Shown here in pieces: positions 30,342 through 41,083 of a DNA stretch of 64,000 nt. The notes under the pieces were generated by a model. That model did not search any database and was not told the origin of the DNA. It was given only the letters and a program-made list of their open reading frames with translations. The first letter of the stretch is position 1. Each line of letters opens with the position of its first letter. Origin of the DNA: Nitrosopumilus sp. (GTDB lineage: Archaea; Thermoproteota; Nitrososphaeria; Nitrososphaerales; Nitrosopumilaceae); the NCBI GenBank assembly GCA_965204345.1, contig OZ241981.1, positions 320,001-384,000 of the forward strand, given 5' to 3'. The translations under genes were made by a program, and so were the position numbers.

Positions 30342-31337
30342 ATGGGAGCTCGAAAACGACATTCGCCGCGCAGAGGAAGTCTTGCATATTCGCCAAGAGT
30401 GCGTGCAAAAAGCATGGAAGCAAGAATTAGAGCATGGCCAAAACGAACAGCAGGTGAAGAGCCAAAAATTTTATCACATTGCGGGTTCAAAGCAGGATGT
30501 GTACAGATTGTAAGTATTGATGATCGTGACAAGGTTCCAAATGCAGGAAAGCAGCTGGTAAGTCTAGGAACAGTCCTAGTAACACCACCGGTTCTGATTT
30601 TAGGAATCAGGGGATATTCAAAAGATCACGACGGCAAGCATGCAGAATTTGACGTGTATGCAGAGGATATTCCAAAAAATATTGCAAAAGAGATTACAAT
30701 TAAAAATATTGCAGGTTCGATTGAAGATGCAGAATCGCGACTAAGGAAAATAAAAGAGATATATGCAATTGTTGCAGTTTCCCCAAAGGCGGCAGGCCTA
30801 GAACAAAAAAAGCCATATATCTTTGAGGCAATGGTGAGCGGAGGAGACATTCAAAAACAGTTTGCTCACGTTAAAGAATTGCTGGGAAAGGAAATCAAGA
30901 TTGATCAAATTTTTGAAACAGGTGCAACTGTGGATGTTGCAGCAATTACAAAGGGTCATGGCTGGCAGGGAGTGCTAAAAAGATGGAATGTCAAGAAGAA
31001 ACAGCACAAATCCAGAAAAACAGTCAGAGAAGTAGGATCACTTGGCCCAATTTCGCCACAAAGTGTAATGTATACAGTACCTAGGGCAGGACAGTTTGGA
31101 TTCCACCAGAGAATAGAATACGACAAGAGAATAATGATAATTGGAAACGCAGAATCAGACGAAATTAAAATAAATCCAGATGGAGGATACAAGCATTTTG
31201 GATTGGTTAAAGGGGATTTCATAATTCTAAAGGGTTCAGTGCCAGGCACGTACAAGAGGCTGATCAAATTAAGAAGTCAAATTAGAAATGCGCCAGACAA
31301 GGTTACCAAGCCAAACATTTTGGAGGTGGTAGTATAA
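30342..31337 (+). CDS. rpl3: 50S ribosomal protein L3
   Basis: PRRGSLAYSPR, GFKAG, TKGHGWQG, GSVPG. Confidence 0.97.
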   Translation: MGARKRHSPRRGSLAYSPRVRAKSMEARIRAWPKRTAGEEPKILSHCGFKAGCVQIVSIDDRDKVPNAGKQLVSLGTVLVTPPVLILGIRGYSKDHDGKHAEFDVYAEDIPKNIAKEITIKNIAGSIEDAESRLRKIKEIYAIVAVSPKAAGLEQKKPYIFEAMVSGGDIQKQFAHVKELLGKEIKIDQIFETGATVDVAAITKGHGWQGVLKRWNVKKKQHKSRKTVREVGSLGPISPQSVMYTVPRAGQFGFHQRIEYDKRIMIIGNAESDEIKINPDGGYKHFGLVKGDFIILKGSVPGTYKRLIKLRSQIRNAPDKVTKPNILEVVV

Positions 31338-32149
31338 TGAAGACAGCATCATACACAACCACCGGAACAAAAGATGCAGAAGTGGAACTTCCAATAATTT
31401 TTTCAACTCCGTTTAGAAGAGAACTGATTCACAAGGCATTTACCAATTTAACGTCTCACAAGTTCCAAAGACAGGGAAGAAAGCCAAATGCAGGCATGGA
31501 CGTAGTGGCAGATTCTAATGATCCGCCAACTGGTCAGGGCGTATCTCGTGTTGCAAGAATGCAGGGAGGAGGAGGAGGAAGGCAGGGCCAGGGGGCAGAA
31601 GTTGCATCCACAAGGGGCGGAAGACAGGCACATCCTCCAATAGTAGAAAAAATAATTTACAAAAAATTAAACAAAAAAGAAAACAAGCTTGCATTATGCT
31701 CAGCAATTGCAGCAACAGCATCAAGAGACCTTGTAGAGTCAAGAGGACATAAAATTGAGGGTATAGAGTCATTTCCAATCATAGTATCAGACGATATAGA
31801 GGCAATTTCAAAAACAAGTGAGATTATCAGGGTACTAGACTCCTTAAAGCTATCACAGGATGTAAAAAGACTAAATGCAAGAAAGGCGCGTTCTGGACAG
31901 TCAAGATTAAGGGGAAGAAGCAAGAAAACTGGAAAAAGCGTCTTATTTGTAACAGCAGATTCCTCAAACCTTTCAAAGGCAGTAGGCGCATTGCCAGGAG
32001 TGGAGGTAAGAAGCGTCAGGGAACTAAGCGTGCTGGATTTAGCTCCAGGGTCAGATCCAATTAGACTAGCAGTTTATTCCAAAGCAGCAATAAAGGAAGT
32101 TGGAGAAATCAAATCAACGCATCTAGAGGTAATGGTGAAAACACAGTGA
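31337..32149 (+). CDS. rpl4: 50S ribosomal protein L4
   Basis: RGGRQAHPP, SAIAATA, LDLAPG. Confidence 0.97.
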   Translation: MKTASYTTTGTKDAEVELPIIFSTPFRRELIHKAFTNLTSHKFQRQGRKPNAGMDVVADSNDPPTGQGVSRVARMQGGGGGRQGQGAEVASTRGGRQAHPPIVEKIIYKKLNKKENKLALCSAIAATASRDLVESRGHKIEGIESFPIIVSDDIEAISKTSEIIRVLDSLKLSQDVKRLNARKARSGQSRLRGRSKKTGKSVLFVTADSSNLSKAVGALPGVEVRSVRELSVLDLAPGSDPIRLAVYSKAAIKEVGEIKSTHLEVMVKTQ

Positions 32150-32412
32150 ATGTAGATCAGGCAATGAAGGTAATTATCAAGCCATACATTACAGAGAAGA
32201 CCTTTGCAATGATTGAAAATGAGAGTAAAATATGCTTCATAGTAGACAAGTCTGCAAATAAATCAGAGATTTCAGAGGCAGTAAGAACGCTATACAAAGA
32301 AAAAGTCAAAAAAGTCAATACTGCAAGGACAATTTACGGCAAAAAGGCATTTGTTGAGTTTGAAAACACCGAAAAAGCCAGAGACTTGGCAACAAAGATA
32401 GGAATGCTATAA
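32146..32412 (+). CDS. rpl23: 50S ribosomal protein L23
   Basis: PYITEK, KVNT, KKAFV. Confidence 0.96.
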   Translation: MNVDQAMKVIIKPYITEKTFAMIENESKICFIVDKSANKSEISEAVRTLYKEKVKKVNTARTIYGKKAFVEFENTEKARDLATKIGML

Positions 32413-32456
32413 TATGGACCATAAAACTCGAAGTACACTAACAGAGGAACAAAGAG

Positions 32457-32852
32457 ATGGTTAAAGAATTTCTATACAGGGGCATTCCAAAGGAGGAATT
32501 AGATAATCTGTCATTAGAAAAATTATTCTTGCTGTTTAATGCAAGACAGAGGCGATCACTTAGGAGAGGAATTACCGATGGAAAAAGAAAACTAATCGAG
32601 GAGATAAAATCTGCAAAAGCAGGCAAATTAAAAAACCCTATCAAAACACATCTGAGGGATTTGATCATATTGCCATACATGGTAGGAGTTACGGTAAACA
32701 CATTCTCAGGAAAAGAATTCCAGCCAGTTGCAATAACAACTGAGATGATTGGACACTATTTGGGAGAGTATGTAATAACAAACAAGAGAGTTTCGCATGG
32801 TGCGCCTGGTGTAGGTGCATCAAGATCTAGTCTCTACGTGCCATTAAAGTGA
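32457..32852 (+). CDS. rps19: 30S ribosomal protein S19
   Basis: KTHLRD, MIGHYLGE, HGAPGVGASRSS. Confidence 0.97.
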   Translation: MVKEFLYRGIPKEELDNLSLEKLFLLFNARQRRSLRRGITDGKRKLIEEIKSAKAGKLKNPIKTHLRDLIILPYMVGVTVNTFSGKEFQPVAITTEMIGHYLGEYVITNKRVSHGAPGVGASRSSLYVPLK

Positions 32853-32857
32853 TTGTC

Positions 32858-33316
32858 ATGGGTAGATACAATTACGCTTTCCAAAATTATGACCCAACAA
32901 GACACGTACGTTCTTCGCTGAGGGAAAAAGACATTTCACACAAGCATGCACGTGAAGTTGCAGTATCAATAAAAGGACTGTCAATTGAAAAAGCAAGAGA
33001 TTACATGCTCACAATAATAGAAAGAAAGCGAGCTGTTCCATTTAGAAGATACAAAAACCAGGTAGGACACAGGCCCGACCCGGGAGTAATGTCTGGACGC
33101 TATCCACAAAAAACAGCAAAAGAGTTCATCAAGGTTTTGGATAATTTGGAATCAAACGCAGAATACAAAGGAATGGATTTGGACAGGTTGAGAATTGTCA
33201 ATGCAACAGTTCACAAGGGAGTAATTGTAAAAAGGTTCATTCCAAGAGCAATGGGAAGGGCAACTCCAAAGAACAACGTATTAACACATGTAGAATTGGT
33301 GGCAAAGGAGATTTAG
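32858..33316 (+). CDS. rpl22: 50S ribosomal protein L22
   Basis: GRYPQK, NAEYKG, PRAMGRA. Confidence 0.97.
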   Translation: MGRYNYAFQNYDPTRHVRSSLREKDISHKHAREVAVSIKGLSIEKARDYMLTIIERKRAVPFRRYKNQVGHRPDPGVMSGRYPQKTAKEFIKVLDNLESNAEYKGMDLDRLRIVNATVHKGVIVKRFIPRAMGRATPKNNVLTHVELVAKEI

Positions 33317-33318
33317 AA

Positions 33319-34107
33319 ATGTCAGCAGTCAAAAACGTAATCAAAGACAACTACAACATGATGTTACTCAAGGATTATCTCAGAGAAGCAATCAAAGATG
33401 CGGGATTCTCACATGCAGAAATTTCAAAAACACCTGTAGGTACAAAGGTTGCATTGCATGTAACAAGACCGGGAATTGTGATTGGTAGAAAAGGTTCAGG
33501 CATCAGATCACTGACAGAAAAGCTTGCAGAGGACTTTGGATTGAAAAACCCGCAAATTTCAGTAGTAGAAATTGAAAAACCAGAATTGGCACCAAGCGTA
33601 ATGTGTAACAGAATGGCATCGCACTTGGAGAGGGGAACTGCATTTAGAAGGGCAACAATGTGGACTCTGAAGCAGATTATAGAGGGAGGAGCAATGGGAG
33701 TTCAGATTACAATTTCAGGCAAGCTAAGAGGCGATCGTTCAGCATTTGAAAAACACACACAGGGAATTCTGCCAAGGGCAGGTCATCATGCAGAAATCAT
33801 AGTGGATGAGGATATTGCACATGTGCAAACTCCGATGGGATTAATCGGAATTAGGATAAGAATTGCAAGAAAAGAAAAGTTGGTTCCAGAATTTGAAATG
33901 AGAACCCAAAAGGCAATAAAGTCCAAAGAATCGCAGCAAGATAAAGTCAAGGTAGAAGAGATTGAAGTTGCAGGTGCCAAAGTCGAAGTGGTTAAAGTAG
34001 AGGGCAAAGAAGATACTGCCAAATCAGAGTCAGAAAGAATAGCACAGGAAGCAAAGAAGATGGAAAAAATTGAAACGCTTGAAGAAGAGGAGGCCAAGAT
34101 GAAATGA
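33319..34107 (+). CDS. rps3: 30S ribosomal protein S3 with acidic C-terminal tail
   Basis: KH motif [16 protein letters not shown]. Confidence 0.97.
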   Translation: MSAVKNVIKDNYNMMLLKDYLREAIKDAGFSHAEISKTPVGTKVALHVTRPGIVIGRKGSGIRSLTEKLAEDFGLKNPQISVVEIEKPELAPSVMCNRMASHLERGTAFRRATMWTLKQIIEGGAMGVQITISGKLRGDRSAFEKHTQGILPRAGHHAEIIVDEDIAHVQTPMGLIGIRIRIARKEKLVPEFEMRTQKAIKSKESQQDKVKVEEIEVAGAKVEVVKVEGKEDTAKSESERIAQEAKKMEKIETLEEEEAKMK

Positions 34108-34310
34108 CTCGAATCAGCATGAAGACAATCAAGCAGCTAAATGAAAAGGATCTTAAGAGTAAAATTCAAGAGGCACGCAGCGAACTTGGCAAGCTTAGAG
34201 TTGATGCATCAAAAGGAACCCTGAGAAAGGAAAGTGGAAAATTAAGACCTTTACGGCACGACATTGCAAGAATGCTGACAAGATTAAGCGAGATGAGAAA
34301 CGAAAAATGA
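34104..34310 (+). CDS. rpl29: 50S ribosomal protein L29
   Basis: [10 protein letters not shown]; operon position. Confidence 0.93.
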   Translation: MTRISMKTIKQLNEKDLKSKIQEARSELGKLRVDASKGTLRKESGKLRPLRHDIARMLTRLSEMRNEK

Positions 34311-34573
34311 TCACAGCAGAGAACATCACTTCACATGAATTTGTCGGACTAGACACAGAGATCATCAGGTCAACAAACCCGCAGGTAGTAGGATTAAATG
34401 GAAGAATTGTCAATGAAACAAAATCCATGTTTGCAATAAAGACACAAAAAGGCACAAAATCCATTGCAAAACGTAATAACAGTTGGAAATTTTCAATTAT
34501 GGGCAGAGAGATAGTCCTTGATGGCAAAAAAATTGCAAAGAGGCCATTTGACAGAATAGGAGGAAAGGCATGA
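34307..34573 (+). CDS. rnp1: RNase P protein component 1 (Rpp29/POP4)
   Basis: HEFVGL, GRIVNETK, RPFDRI; operon position. Confidence 0.92.
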   Translation: MITAENITSHEFVGLDTEIIRSTNPQVVGLNGRIVNETKSMFAIKTQKGTKSIAKRNNSWKFSIMGREIVLDGKKIAKRPFDRIGGKA

Positions 34574-34893
34574 CCCAAAACATAGGATTAAAGGTCAAAG
34601 AGCCGACAAGAGAATGCACAGATAAAAACTGTCCATTTCACGCTGGGTTATCCATCAGGGGAAAACTCTTTGAGGGCAAAGTAACAGGAAACAAAGCAAA
34701 ACAAACCATAACATTACAAAAAGATTCACCGGTGTACTTTAACAAATTCAAGAGATATGCAAGAGGCAAAAGCACCATTCATGCACATGTTCCAGGGTGT
34801 ATTGACATAGAATTGGGCGATCAGGTGCTAACAGCAGAATGCAGACCCATAGCAAAATCCGTATCATATGTTGTTGTGGAGGTTAAGACATAA
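34570..34893 (+). CDS. rps17: 30S ribosomal protein S17
   Basis: CTDKNCPFH, ECRPIAK. Confidence 0.96.
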   Translation: MTQNIGLKVKEPTRECTDKNCPFHAGLSIRGKLFEGKVTGNKAKQTITLQKDSPVYFNKFKRYARGKSTIHAHVPGCIDIELGDQVLTAECRPIAKSVSYVVVEVKT

Positions 34894-35315
34894 TGGCAAA
34901 ACAAGCAGGTAAGGGAGTAGAAGAATTCCGCCCATATGTGACTAAGGTAATTCCCGTAGGTGCAAACATTGTGTGTGCAGATAATTCAGGTGCCAAGATT
35001 TTAGAAGTAATTAACGTTCCAAGACACAAAACAAGAGCATCAAGACTGCCATCAGCATCCGTAGGAGACTTTTGCAATGTTGTAGTAAAGAAGGGACCGG
35101 CAGAATTAAGAAAGCAGGTTTATGGCGCTGTAATTGTCAGACAAAAATATGCAGTTCGTAGGTTAAATGGCGTAAGAGTCTGTTTTGAAGACAATGCAGC
35201 AGTTTTGATCACCCCAGAGGGAGAAACAAAGGGAACAGACATCAAGGGGCCAGTGGCAGCCGAAGCTTCAGAAAAATGGCCAAGAGTAGCTAATTTGGCA
35301 TCAATGGTGGTATGA
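34893..35315 (+). CDS. rpl14: 50S ribosomal protein L14
   Basis: [21 protein letters not shown]. Confidence 0.97.
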   Translation: MAKQAGKGVEEFRPYVTKVIPVGANIVCADNSGAKILEVINVPRHKTRASRLPSASVGDFCNVVVKKGPAELRKQVYGAVIVRQKYAVRRLNGVRVCFEDNAAVLITPEGETKGTDIKGPVAAEASEKWPRVANLASMVV

Positions 35316-35319
35316 TAAA

Positions 35320-35856
35320 ATGAAACCAACTAAAATGCGTAACCAAATGATATATCAGGCGACTCACAAGACAAGAAGTAAGCAGTTGGGCAGTGCGTTA
35401 TCTAAGGATCTTCATAAAAAATACGGCAAAAGAAGCGTAAGAGTTGTCGAGGGAGACAGCGTTACAATACTAAGAGGGGAATTCAAAGGAGTAGATGGCA
35501 AAATTGCAAAAGTAGATACGCAAAAAAACAGTGTTGCAATAGAAGGCATAAAGAAAGAGGCAACCAAAGGTGAAAAGTATGATGTATACATTCACACATC
35601 CAATCTAATAGTCACTTCACTTAACGGAGACGACAAATGGAGAATTGCAAAACTAGAAGGCAAGGATCCAAGAAAGCAGCCAAAGACTCAAACCAACCCC
35701 GCAGCATCAGCAGTAGCAAAAGAAGAATCACCCAAGGAAGCAAAGGTAGAATCACCCAAGGAAGCAAAGGTAGAATCACCCAAGGAAGCAAAAGAAGAAT
35801 CGCCTAAAGAAACAAAAGTAGCAGATAGCCCCGAAAAAGAGGAGGATAAAAAATAA
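35320..35856 (+). CDS. rpl24: 50S ribosomal protein L24 with repetitive C-terminal extension
   Basis: [21 protein letters not shown]; tail (ESPKEAKV)n. Confidence 0.95.
   Translation: MKPTKMRNQMIYQATHKTRSKQLGSALSKDLHKKYGKRSVRVVEGDSVTILRGEFKGVDGKIAKVDTQKNSVAIEGIKKEATKGEKYDVYIHTSNLIVTSLNGDDKWRIAKLEGKDPRKQPKTQTNPAASAVAKEESPKEAKVESPKEAKVESPKEAKEESPKETKVADSPEKEEDKK
35716..35811 (+). repeat. 24-bp coding tandem repeat x4 in the rpl24 tail
   Basis: GCAAAGGTAGAATCACCCAAGGAA units. Confidence 0.9.
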
Positions 35857-36572
35857 TGGTAAGTATCTCTGGCAGCAAAAAACTCAAACGTCAAATGGCC
35901 CCACAGTTTTGGGGAATTACTAGAAAAGACAAGAGATTTGTTATTACAGTAAAACCAGGTCCACACAAAAAGAGCTATGCAATACCAACTGCCGTATTTC
36001 TCAGAGATACAATAAAGATTGTAACTAGCCTAAGAGAAGCCAAGGCATCAATCTATTCAGGCAAAGTAAAAGTTGACGGGGTTGTAAGAAAATCACTTCA
36101 TCATGCAATAGGGTTAATGGACATTGTTGAACTAGAGAATGTTTCAGACATTTATCGTCTAGTCCCAACAGAAGAAAAAATCCTAAAGCCAATAAGGATT
36201 AACGAATCAGAAAAATCAAAAAAGCTTGTCAGAGTTGTAAACAAGACCACAATCAACAAAGGCAAATTACAGATAGGATTTCATGACGGGCGTTCAATAA
36301 TTTCAGATGCTAAAGTCAGTGTGGGAGATACGTGTCTGATACAGGTCCCAGAACAAAAGATTCTAGACATAATAAAATTAGAAGCAGGCTGCCAAGGATT
36401 GGTAACACGTGGAAATAACGCAGGACAAATTGGTAAAATTGAAAACATAGAGGAAGGCACATTCATCCTTCCAAAAAGAGTCATACTTAGATTAGGAGAT
36501 AGAAAAATCGAAATTCCTGCAGATATCATTATGCCGGTTGGAAAAGAGGAGCCAATAATCCAATTAAAGTGA
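35856..36572 (+). CDS. rps4e: 30S ribosomal protein S4e
   Basis: LKRQMAP, PGPH, IGLMD, HDGR. Confidence 0.96.
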   Translation: MVSISGSKKLKRQMAPQFWGITRKDKRFVITVKPGPHKKSYAIPTAVFLRDTIKIVTSLREAKASIYSGKVKVDGVVRKSLHHAIGLMDIVELENVSDIYRLVPTEEKILKPIRINESEKSKKLVRVVNKTTINKGKLQIGFHDGRSIISDAKVSVGDTCLIQVPEQKILDIIKLEAGCQGLVTRGNNAGQIGKIENIEEGTFILPKRVILRLGDRKIEIPADIIMPVGKEEPIIQLK

Positions 36573-36576
36573 TCGT

Positions 36577-37098
36577 ATGTCTCAGATAACAGAATCCCCA
36601 ATGAAAAAGATCTCATTAGAGAAAGTCGTGTTAAACATGGGGCTAGGCAAGTCAGGGGACATAATCAATATTGCACAAAAAGCATTGGAACAAATTTCCG
36701 GAAAAAAACCATCTACGCGTAACGCCAAAGCCGCATACAGGGACTGGGGGGTTCGAAAAGGAGAACCAATAGGAGTAGCAGTTACGGTTAGAGGAAAAGA
36801 CGGAATAGAGTTACTAAAAAGATTACTTGAGGCAAAGGGCAACACAGTTAGCGGCAAATCATTTGACAACTTTGGAAATTTTTCATTTGGAATCAGTGAA
36901 CACATAGACATTCCAGGCGTAAAATATGATCCACAAATCGGAATTTTAGGTCTAGGCATTTCAATTACATTAACCAGGCCCGGATACGGAATACGAACCA
37001 GAAGTAAACACAAGGCAAGAGTTGGAAAAAGCCACATTATCAAAAGCCAAGAGGCAAAAGATTATCTAGCAAAAGAATTTGGAGTCACTGTAACATAA
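36577..37098 (+). CDS. rpl5: 50S ribosomal protein L5
   Basis: KVVLNMG, GNFSFGISEHIDIPG. Confidence 0.97.
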   Translation: MSQITESPMKKISLEKVVLNMGLGKSGDIINIAQKALEQISGKKPSTRNAKAAYRDWGVRKGEPIGVAVTVRGKDGIELLKRLLEAKGNTVSGKSFDNFGNFSFGISEHIDIPGVKYDPQIGILGLGISITLTRPGYGIRTRSKHKARVGKSHIIKSQEAKDYLAKEFGVTVT

Positions 37099-37277
37099 TG
37101 GTAAAAGACAGATCCTATGAGGCAACCGGAAGAAAAAAGCATGATTTTGGCAGGGGTTCAAGATGGTGTAAAAGATGTGGAGATTATACAGCAGTTATCC
37201 AAAAATATGACTTGATGCTATGCAGGCGATGCTTTAGAGAAGTAGCAACATCTTTAGGGTTCAGGAAAAACAAGTGA
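37098..37277 (+). CDS. rps14: 30S ribosomal protein S14, Zn-binding type (not in ORF track)
   Basis: MVKDRSYEATGRKKHDFGRGSRWCKRCG...LCRRCFREVATSLGFRKNK*. Confidence 0.95.
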   Translation: MVKDRSYEATGRKKHDFGRGSRWCKRCGDYTAVIQKYDLMLCRRCFREVATSLGFRKNK

Positions 37278-37283
37278 GATATA

Positions 37284-37676
37284 ATGCCGGCAACCAACAT
37301 TTTAGCAAACCTATTTGTTACATTATACAACAATGAAACTAGGAGAAAGGGGGACTGTATAATACTTCCAACATCAAAACTAGGAATTGAGGTTCTAAAG
37401 ACACTTCAGAAGGACGGATACATTGGAGAATTTGAGCATATTGATGACAAAAGGGGAGGAAAATTCAAGATTAAACTATTGGCAAAAATAACAAAATGCG
37501 GAGCAATATCCCCAAGATTCAAAGTAAAAAATGACGAATACAATAATTGGGAGCAACAGTACTTGCCAGCATACGATAGAGGAATGCTTCTTGTTACAAC
37601 AAACCAAGGCGTAATGTCCCATCACGAGGCATCACAAAAAGGAATCGGGGGATTTTTGATAGGCTATGTCTACTAA
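37284..37676 (+). CDS. rps8: 30S ribosomal protein S8
   Basis: GYIGEFE, CGAISPR, TTNQGVMSH. Confidence 0.97.
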   Translation: MPATNILANLFVTLYNNETRRKGDCIILPTSKLGIEVLKTLQKDGYIGEFEHIDDKRGGKFKIKLLAKITKCGAISPRFKVKNDEYNNWEQQYLPAYDRGMLLVTTNQGVMSHHEASQKGIGGFLIGYVY

Positions 37677-38223
37677 ACAAATCGAAGAGTTCAAAGACGA
37701 GGTAGAGATTCCTCAGGACGTCACTGTGTCATTAAACAAACACATGATGTCATTTGTAGGACCGCTGGGAAAAACACACAAAAGCTTTAGAAAAATTCCA
37801 ATAAATTGTGAAATTGTTGGAAATAAGATATTGCTTACTACAATTGGATCTAAAAAAAGAGATTATGCAATTTTGCATACGGCAAGATCAATTATTAGGA
37901 ATATTTGCGAGGGTCTAATCACAGGCTATACCATTAAAATGAAAATTGTATTCTCACACTTTCCAATTACAGTCAAAGTGGAAGGAAGAAAAATTCTAAT
38001 TGAAAACTTTCAAGGAGAAAGGGCCCCAAGAACTACTCACATTGTGGGAAACACAAAGGTAATTCCAAAGGGTGAGGATGTAATTCTCACAGGAGAAGTG
38101 TGGACTGACATCACCCAAACTGCTGCAAATATTGAACTAAGATCCAAAGTAAAAAACAAGGATCACAGGGTGTTCTTAGATGGCATCTATGCCTTTGAAA
38201 AGAAGAAAGGCATAGACAAGTAA
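37666..38223 (+). CDS. rpl6: 50S ribosomal protein L6
   Basis: SHFPI, NFQGE, DHRVFLDGIY. Confidence 0.97.
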   Translation: MSTKQIEEFKDEVEIPQDVTVSLNKHMMSFVGPLGKTHKSFRKIPINCEIVGNKILLTTIGSKKRDYAILHTARSIIRNICEGLITGYTIKMKIVFSHFPITVKVEGRKILIENFQGERAPRTTHIVGNTKVIPKGEDVILTGEVWTDITQTAANIELRSKVKNKDHRVFLDGIYAFEKKKGIDK

Positions 38224-38234
38224 AAAAAACAAGT

Positions 38235-38528
38235 TTGCCAATGACTCTTGATCCTGAATTTTCAAAACAGACAACAGACCTAATCAAACAGACACTAGAA
38301 CTATACAAGTCTGCAGGAGCATCTCCCAGAATTGGGGAAACATGGAATTGTGAAAACATTGGAGACTTTCTATGCGGGTTTTTTGTAGGAGAAATGGTAG
38401 GTTCGGCACTCAGTGCATTTCAGATTGTTCATCAGAGGGAACCAACAGCAGATGAGCATCTAGAAATTATTGAGTTAGTTGAAGGCCATGCAAAAGAAAT
38501 CAAAGAATTTTTTGCAAAATTTAACTAA
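38235..38528 (+). CDS. Hypothetical protein
   Basis: 97 aa ORF directly following rpl6. Confidence 0.7.
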   Translation: MPMTLDPEFSKQTTDLIKQTLELYKSAGASPRIGETWNCENIGDFLCGFFVGEMVGSALSAFQIVHQREPTADEHLEIIELVEGHAKEIKEFFAKFN

Positions 38529-38598
38529 ACTTGTGGGACTTTGGTCTAATTTTGATAGTAGCAAAGATTAAATCACTTTTGCCAAGGTCTAAATTTGT

Positions 38599-38672
38599 GC
38601 CTCCCTAGCTCAGCGTGGTAGAGCAACCGGCTGTTAACCGGTTGGTCACCAGTTCAAGTCTGGTGGGAGGCG
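38599..38672 (+). tRNA. tRNA-Asn(GTT)
   Basis: GCCTCCC/GGGAGGC acceptor, ACCGG-CTGTTAA-CCGGT anticodon arm, ACCAG-TTCAAGT-CTGGT T arm. Confidence 0.96.
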
Positions 38673-38856
38673 CTTTATTTCTAAACTCGGGTTTAGAAAT
38701 GAAGATGACCTGGCACTAATTTGCACGTGTGAAAAAAATAATATTTCAAAACTCGAATTTAGAAATATTGATCGATTGTTAGCAATTAGTTTACTCCATT
38801 AGACAACATAGATCTAATAGATGATCGCACATTAAGAATAATGCAGGAGGTTTACA

Positions 38857-39111
38857 TTGGTCAGAACTAGGAGGGCCAATAGGTATTGTGTGGACTGCGG
38901 AGCAAGACTTGTGTATTATCCAAGATTGTCAAATCCAAAGGCGCCAAATGAGCACAGGGTACTAGTATATGCATGCCCGGACTGTACTGAGGATTTTGAA
39001 AAACCAAAAATGTTCTCAATTAAGCGCAATCAGGTAGAGGATCCTCTAGAAACAGTGGAGATTGAAATTACGCAATCACAGAAAAAAACAATAATCGCAA
39101 AAAAAGTTTGA
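38857..39111 (+). CDS. Small Zn-finger protein
   Basis: CVDCG...CPDC. Confidence 0.7.
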   Translation: MVRTRRANRYCVDCGARLVYYPRLSNPKAPNEHRVLVYACPDCTEDFEKPKMFSIKRNQVEDPLETVEIEITQSQKKTIIAKKV

Positions 39112-39117
39112 AAAATA

Positions 39118-39345
39118 ATGTCATATCCAGAAAAACCCAGAAGCAATACGTGGTTCTTGTTGCCAATTTTTTTCGGAGTAATTGGGGGAATAATAGCGTT
39201 TTTTGTCTTACGACGAGATGATCCTCGTAAAGCAAGGAATTGTTTGTATGTAGGACTTGCGTTTATGTTTGTTGGAATACTATTAAACGGATTTGTTGCA
39301 TATCAGATACCTGAATTGTCCCAGGACTTTAGTGTAAACACATAA
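39118..39345 (+). CDS. Small two-TM membrane protein
   Basis: WFLLPIFFGVIGGIIAFFVLRRDDPRKA..CL. Confidence 0.75.
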   Translation: MSYPEKPRSNTWFLLPIFFGVIGGIIAFFVLRRDDPRKARNCLYVGLAFMFVGILLNGFVAYQIPELSQDFSVNT

Positions 39346-39464
39346 TGCAAATTTGATTGAATTACACTAACAATAACATATGTTTCTAAATTCAAATTTA
39401 GAAACATTATAAATCAAATAGGGGAAACTTTAGAATCATATAGAACCATCTGAGAAGAAACAAC

Positions 39465-39914
39465 ATGAGTGTGTCTAGGATGCGAGACAATGTAGAACGA
39501 TGGATAATTCATGAAGGACTTTCTTTTGAGGAAGTAAAGAACCCAGAAAACATATTCCAAATTCTTGTAAAACATGCAGGTCAATCAGGCATACCAGTAG
39601 ACGTGTTTGAGCCAAAAGGACAGCCCGGAATTCTAGTAGTAGGAGCCAAAGTAGTAATGAAAAACAATCAGATTGCGAGATATTTAGGGTTTAGTGAAGA
39701 AGAAAAGGAGAGATTTAAAAAAAAAGTGTCTGATTTTTGCTATTCCATACAGGCAATCAACAAAATTATCACAGAGGATGGAAAAACAAAGCTTGGGGTC
39801 TATGTGGTCCTAGACGACAGGGAAAACATCAATCAGCAAACAATGCTTGGTGCAATAGACAGTGTTTCTGAAAAATATGATAAGACATCCAGATTTTTGT
39901 TAAAGACATTCTAA
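39465..39914 (+). CDS. DUF2299-like hypothetical protein
   Basis: MRDNVERWIIHEG N-terminus; 149 aa. Confidence 0.6.
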   Translation: MSVSRMRDNVERWIIHEGLSFEEVKNPENIFQILVKHAGQSGIPVDVFEPKGQPGILVVGAKVVMKNNQIARYLGFSEEEKERFKKKVSDFCYSIQAINKIITEDGKTKLGVYVVLDDRENINQQTMLGAIDSVSEKYDKTSRFLLKTF

Positions 39915-41083
39915 AAAAACAATGATTCACAAGCAGCCCTACGCGGATATTATATCAAATATTTGCCATATCAGATAGAGAGGCATGAAAACAACCATTC
40001 TTGCAAAACAAATCACAAAAAAACACACTTTAAAGATAAATTTTTTAAAAACCCAAATTTTGAGATTCAAGTCTTCTTCTTCTTCTTGCTCAAAAACAAG
40101 GTCTTTGAGGGTGGTTAACTGTAACAGTAATGATGTTTGTAAAATGAACGTTTTCAGCAGGATATTCAAACACACTGCAAAAAATTTTGAGACAGGTGTT
40201 AGCGTTAATGCTAACAAACTCAGAGTTGAAAATGCAGCTTCAGGATGGGAGGCAATTTAAAATTAAATATTTTCAAAATAACAGTGGAGATTTTGGTTGC
40301 ATATGGCAAAACAGAGGCTCAGTTCCCTCCTTCCTCCCCCCTTCCCCTATTGATAAAATGTAGTACAGTTAGAATTATGTAATTTATGCACAAAGTTATG
40401 AACTTGAAATTCTAAAAAATATTTGTTATTCTACTTTGATTGGATTTCCTTGCAAAGCACTGAATCGAATTCTTTTGTTTTTTGGACTATTGTTTTTGGA
40501 CCATTTTTTCAATCATTTTCTTTATTTTTTGTCAAAAAATAGGGGGTTGAGCTTTTAGGCACAGCAATAATAGTTTGGACATGTTTAGCTAGGAGAGCTT
40601 GGTGGAATTATGATTGCATCTTGTATCTAGGCACAAGTGTTCAACCCCCCATCAAAATGCCTGTTTTTGAAAATTTCACATTGTGCCTAAACCGGATATT
40701 TTTTAGGGGGGGTTTAACGTCTAGGCATAGTTTTACAAAAAGCGGTTTATTCTAAAAATTTTTCAAAAAAATTGGCGGGTCTGTCAGACTAGCCAAACTG
40801 ATCAGTGACTTTGGTATTTTTTTTTTTCTGTGCTCTGCCAAAAAGCCTGAAATTACACCATTTCCACATCTTTGAACCCTAGTTCTTGTGCAGTTTCAAA
40901 TGCCATGCCCCAGTGTTTCCATAAAATCCACAACTATACCCCTAGGGGATCTGTTTGAATAATAGGCCTAATCCATGATTTTTTTGCGTTATTTTTTGCA
41001 TTAATCCCCAGGGAGGGTTTCTGAGGAGAAATTTGGCATATTATTGCCGTTTCAACTATATACCAAAATAATCCCGTAAATTC

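Noticed and set aside
32412-38235. rpl2 missing between rpl23 and rps19, and cluster ending after rpl6
   Set aside because: To my knowledge this split arrangement is usual in Nitrosopumilaceae; the genes are probably elsewhere.
38599-38672. tRNA-Asn as an integration site for a provirus or island
   Set aside because: No duplicate of its 3' end and no integrase seen in the window.
39939-40260. ORFs 39939-40217 (-) and 39985-40260 (+)
   Set aside because: Mutually overlapping, low-complexity and without motifs; probably spurious ORFs in a non-coding tract.
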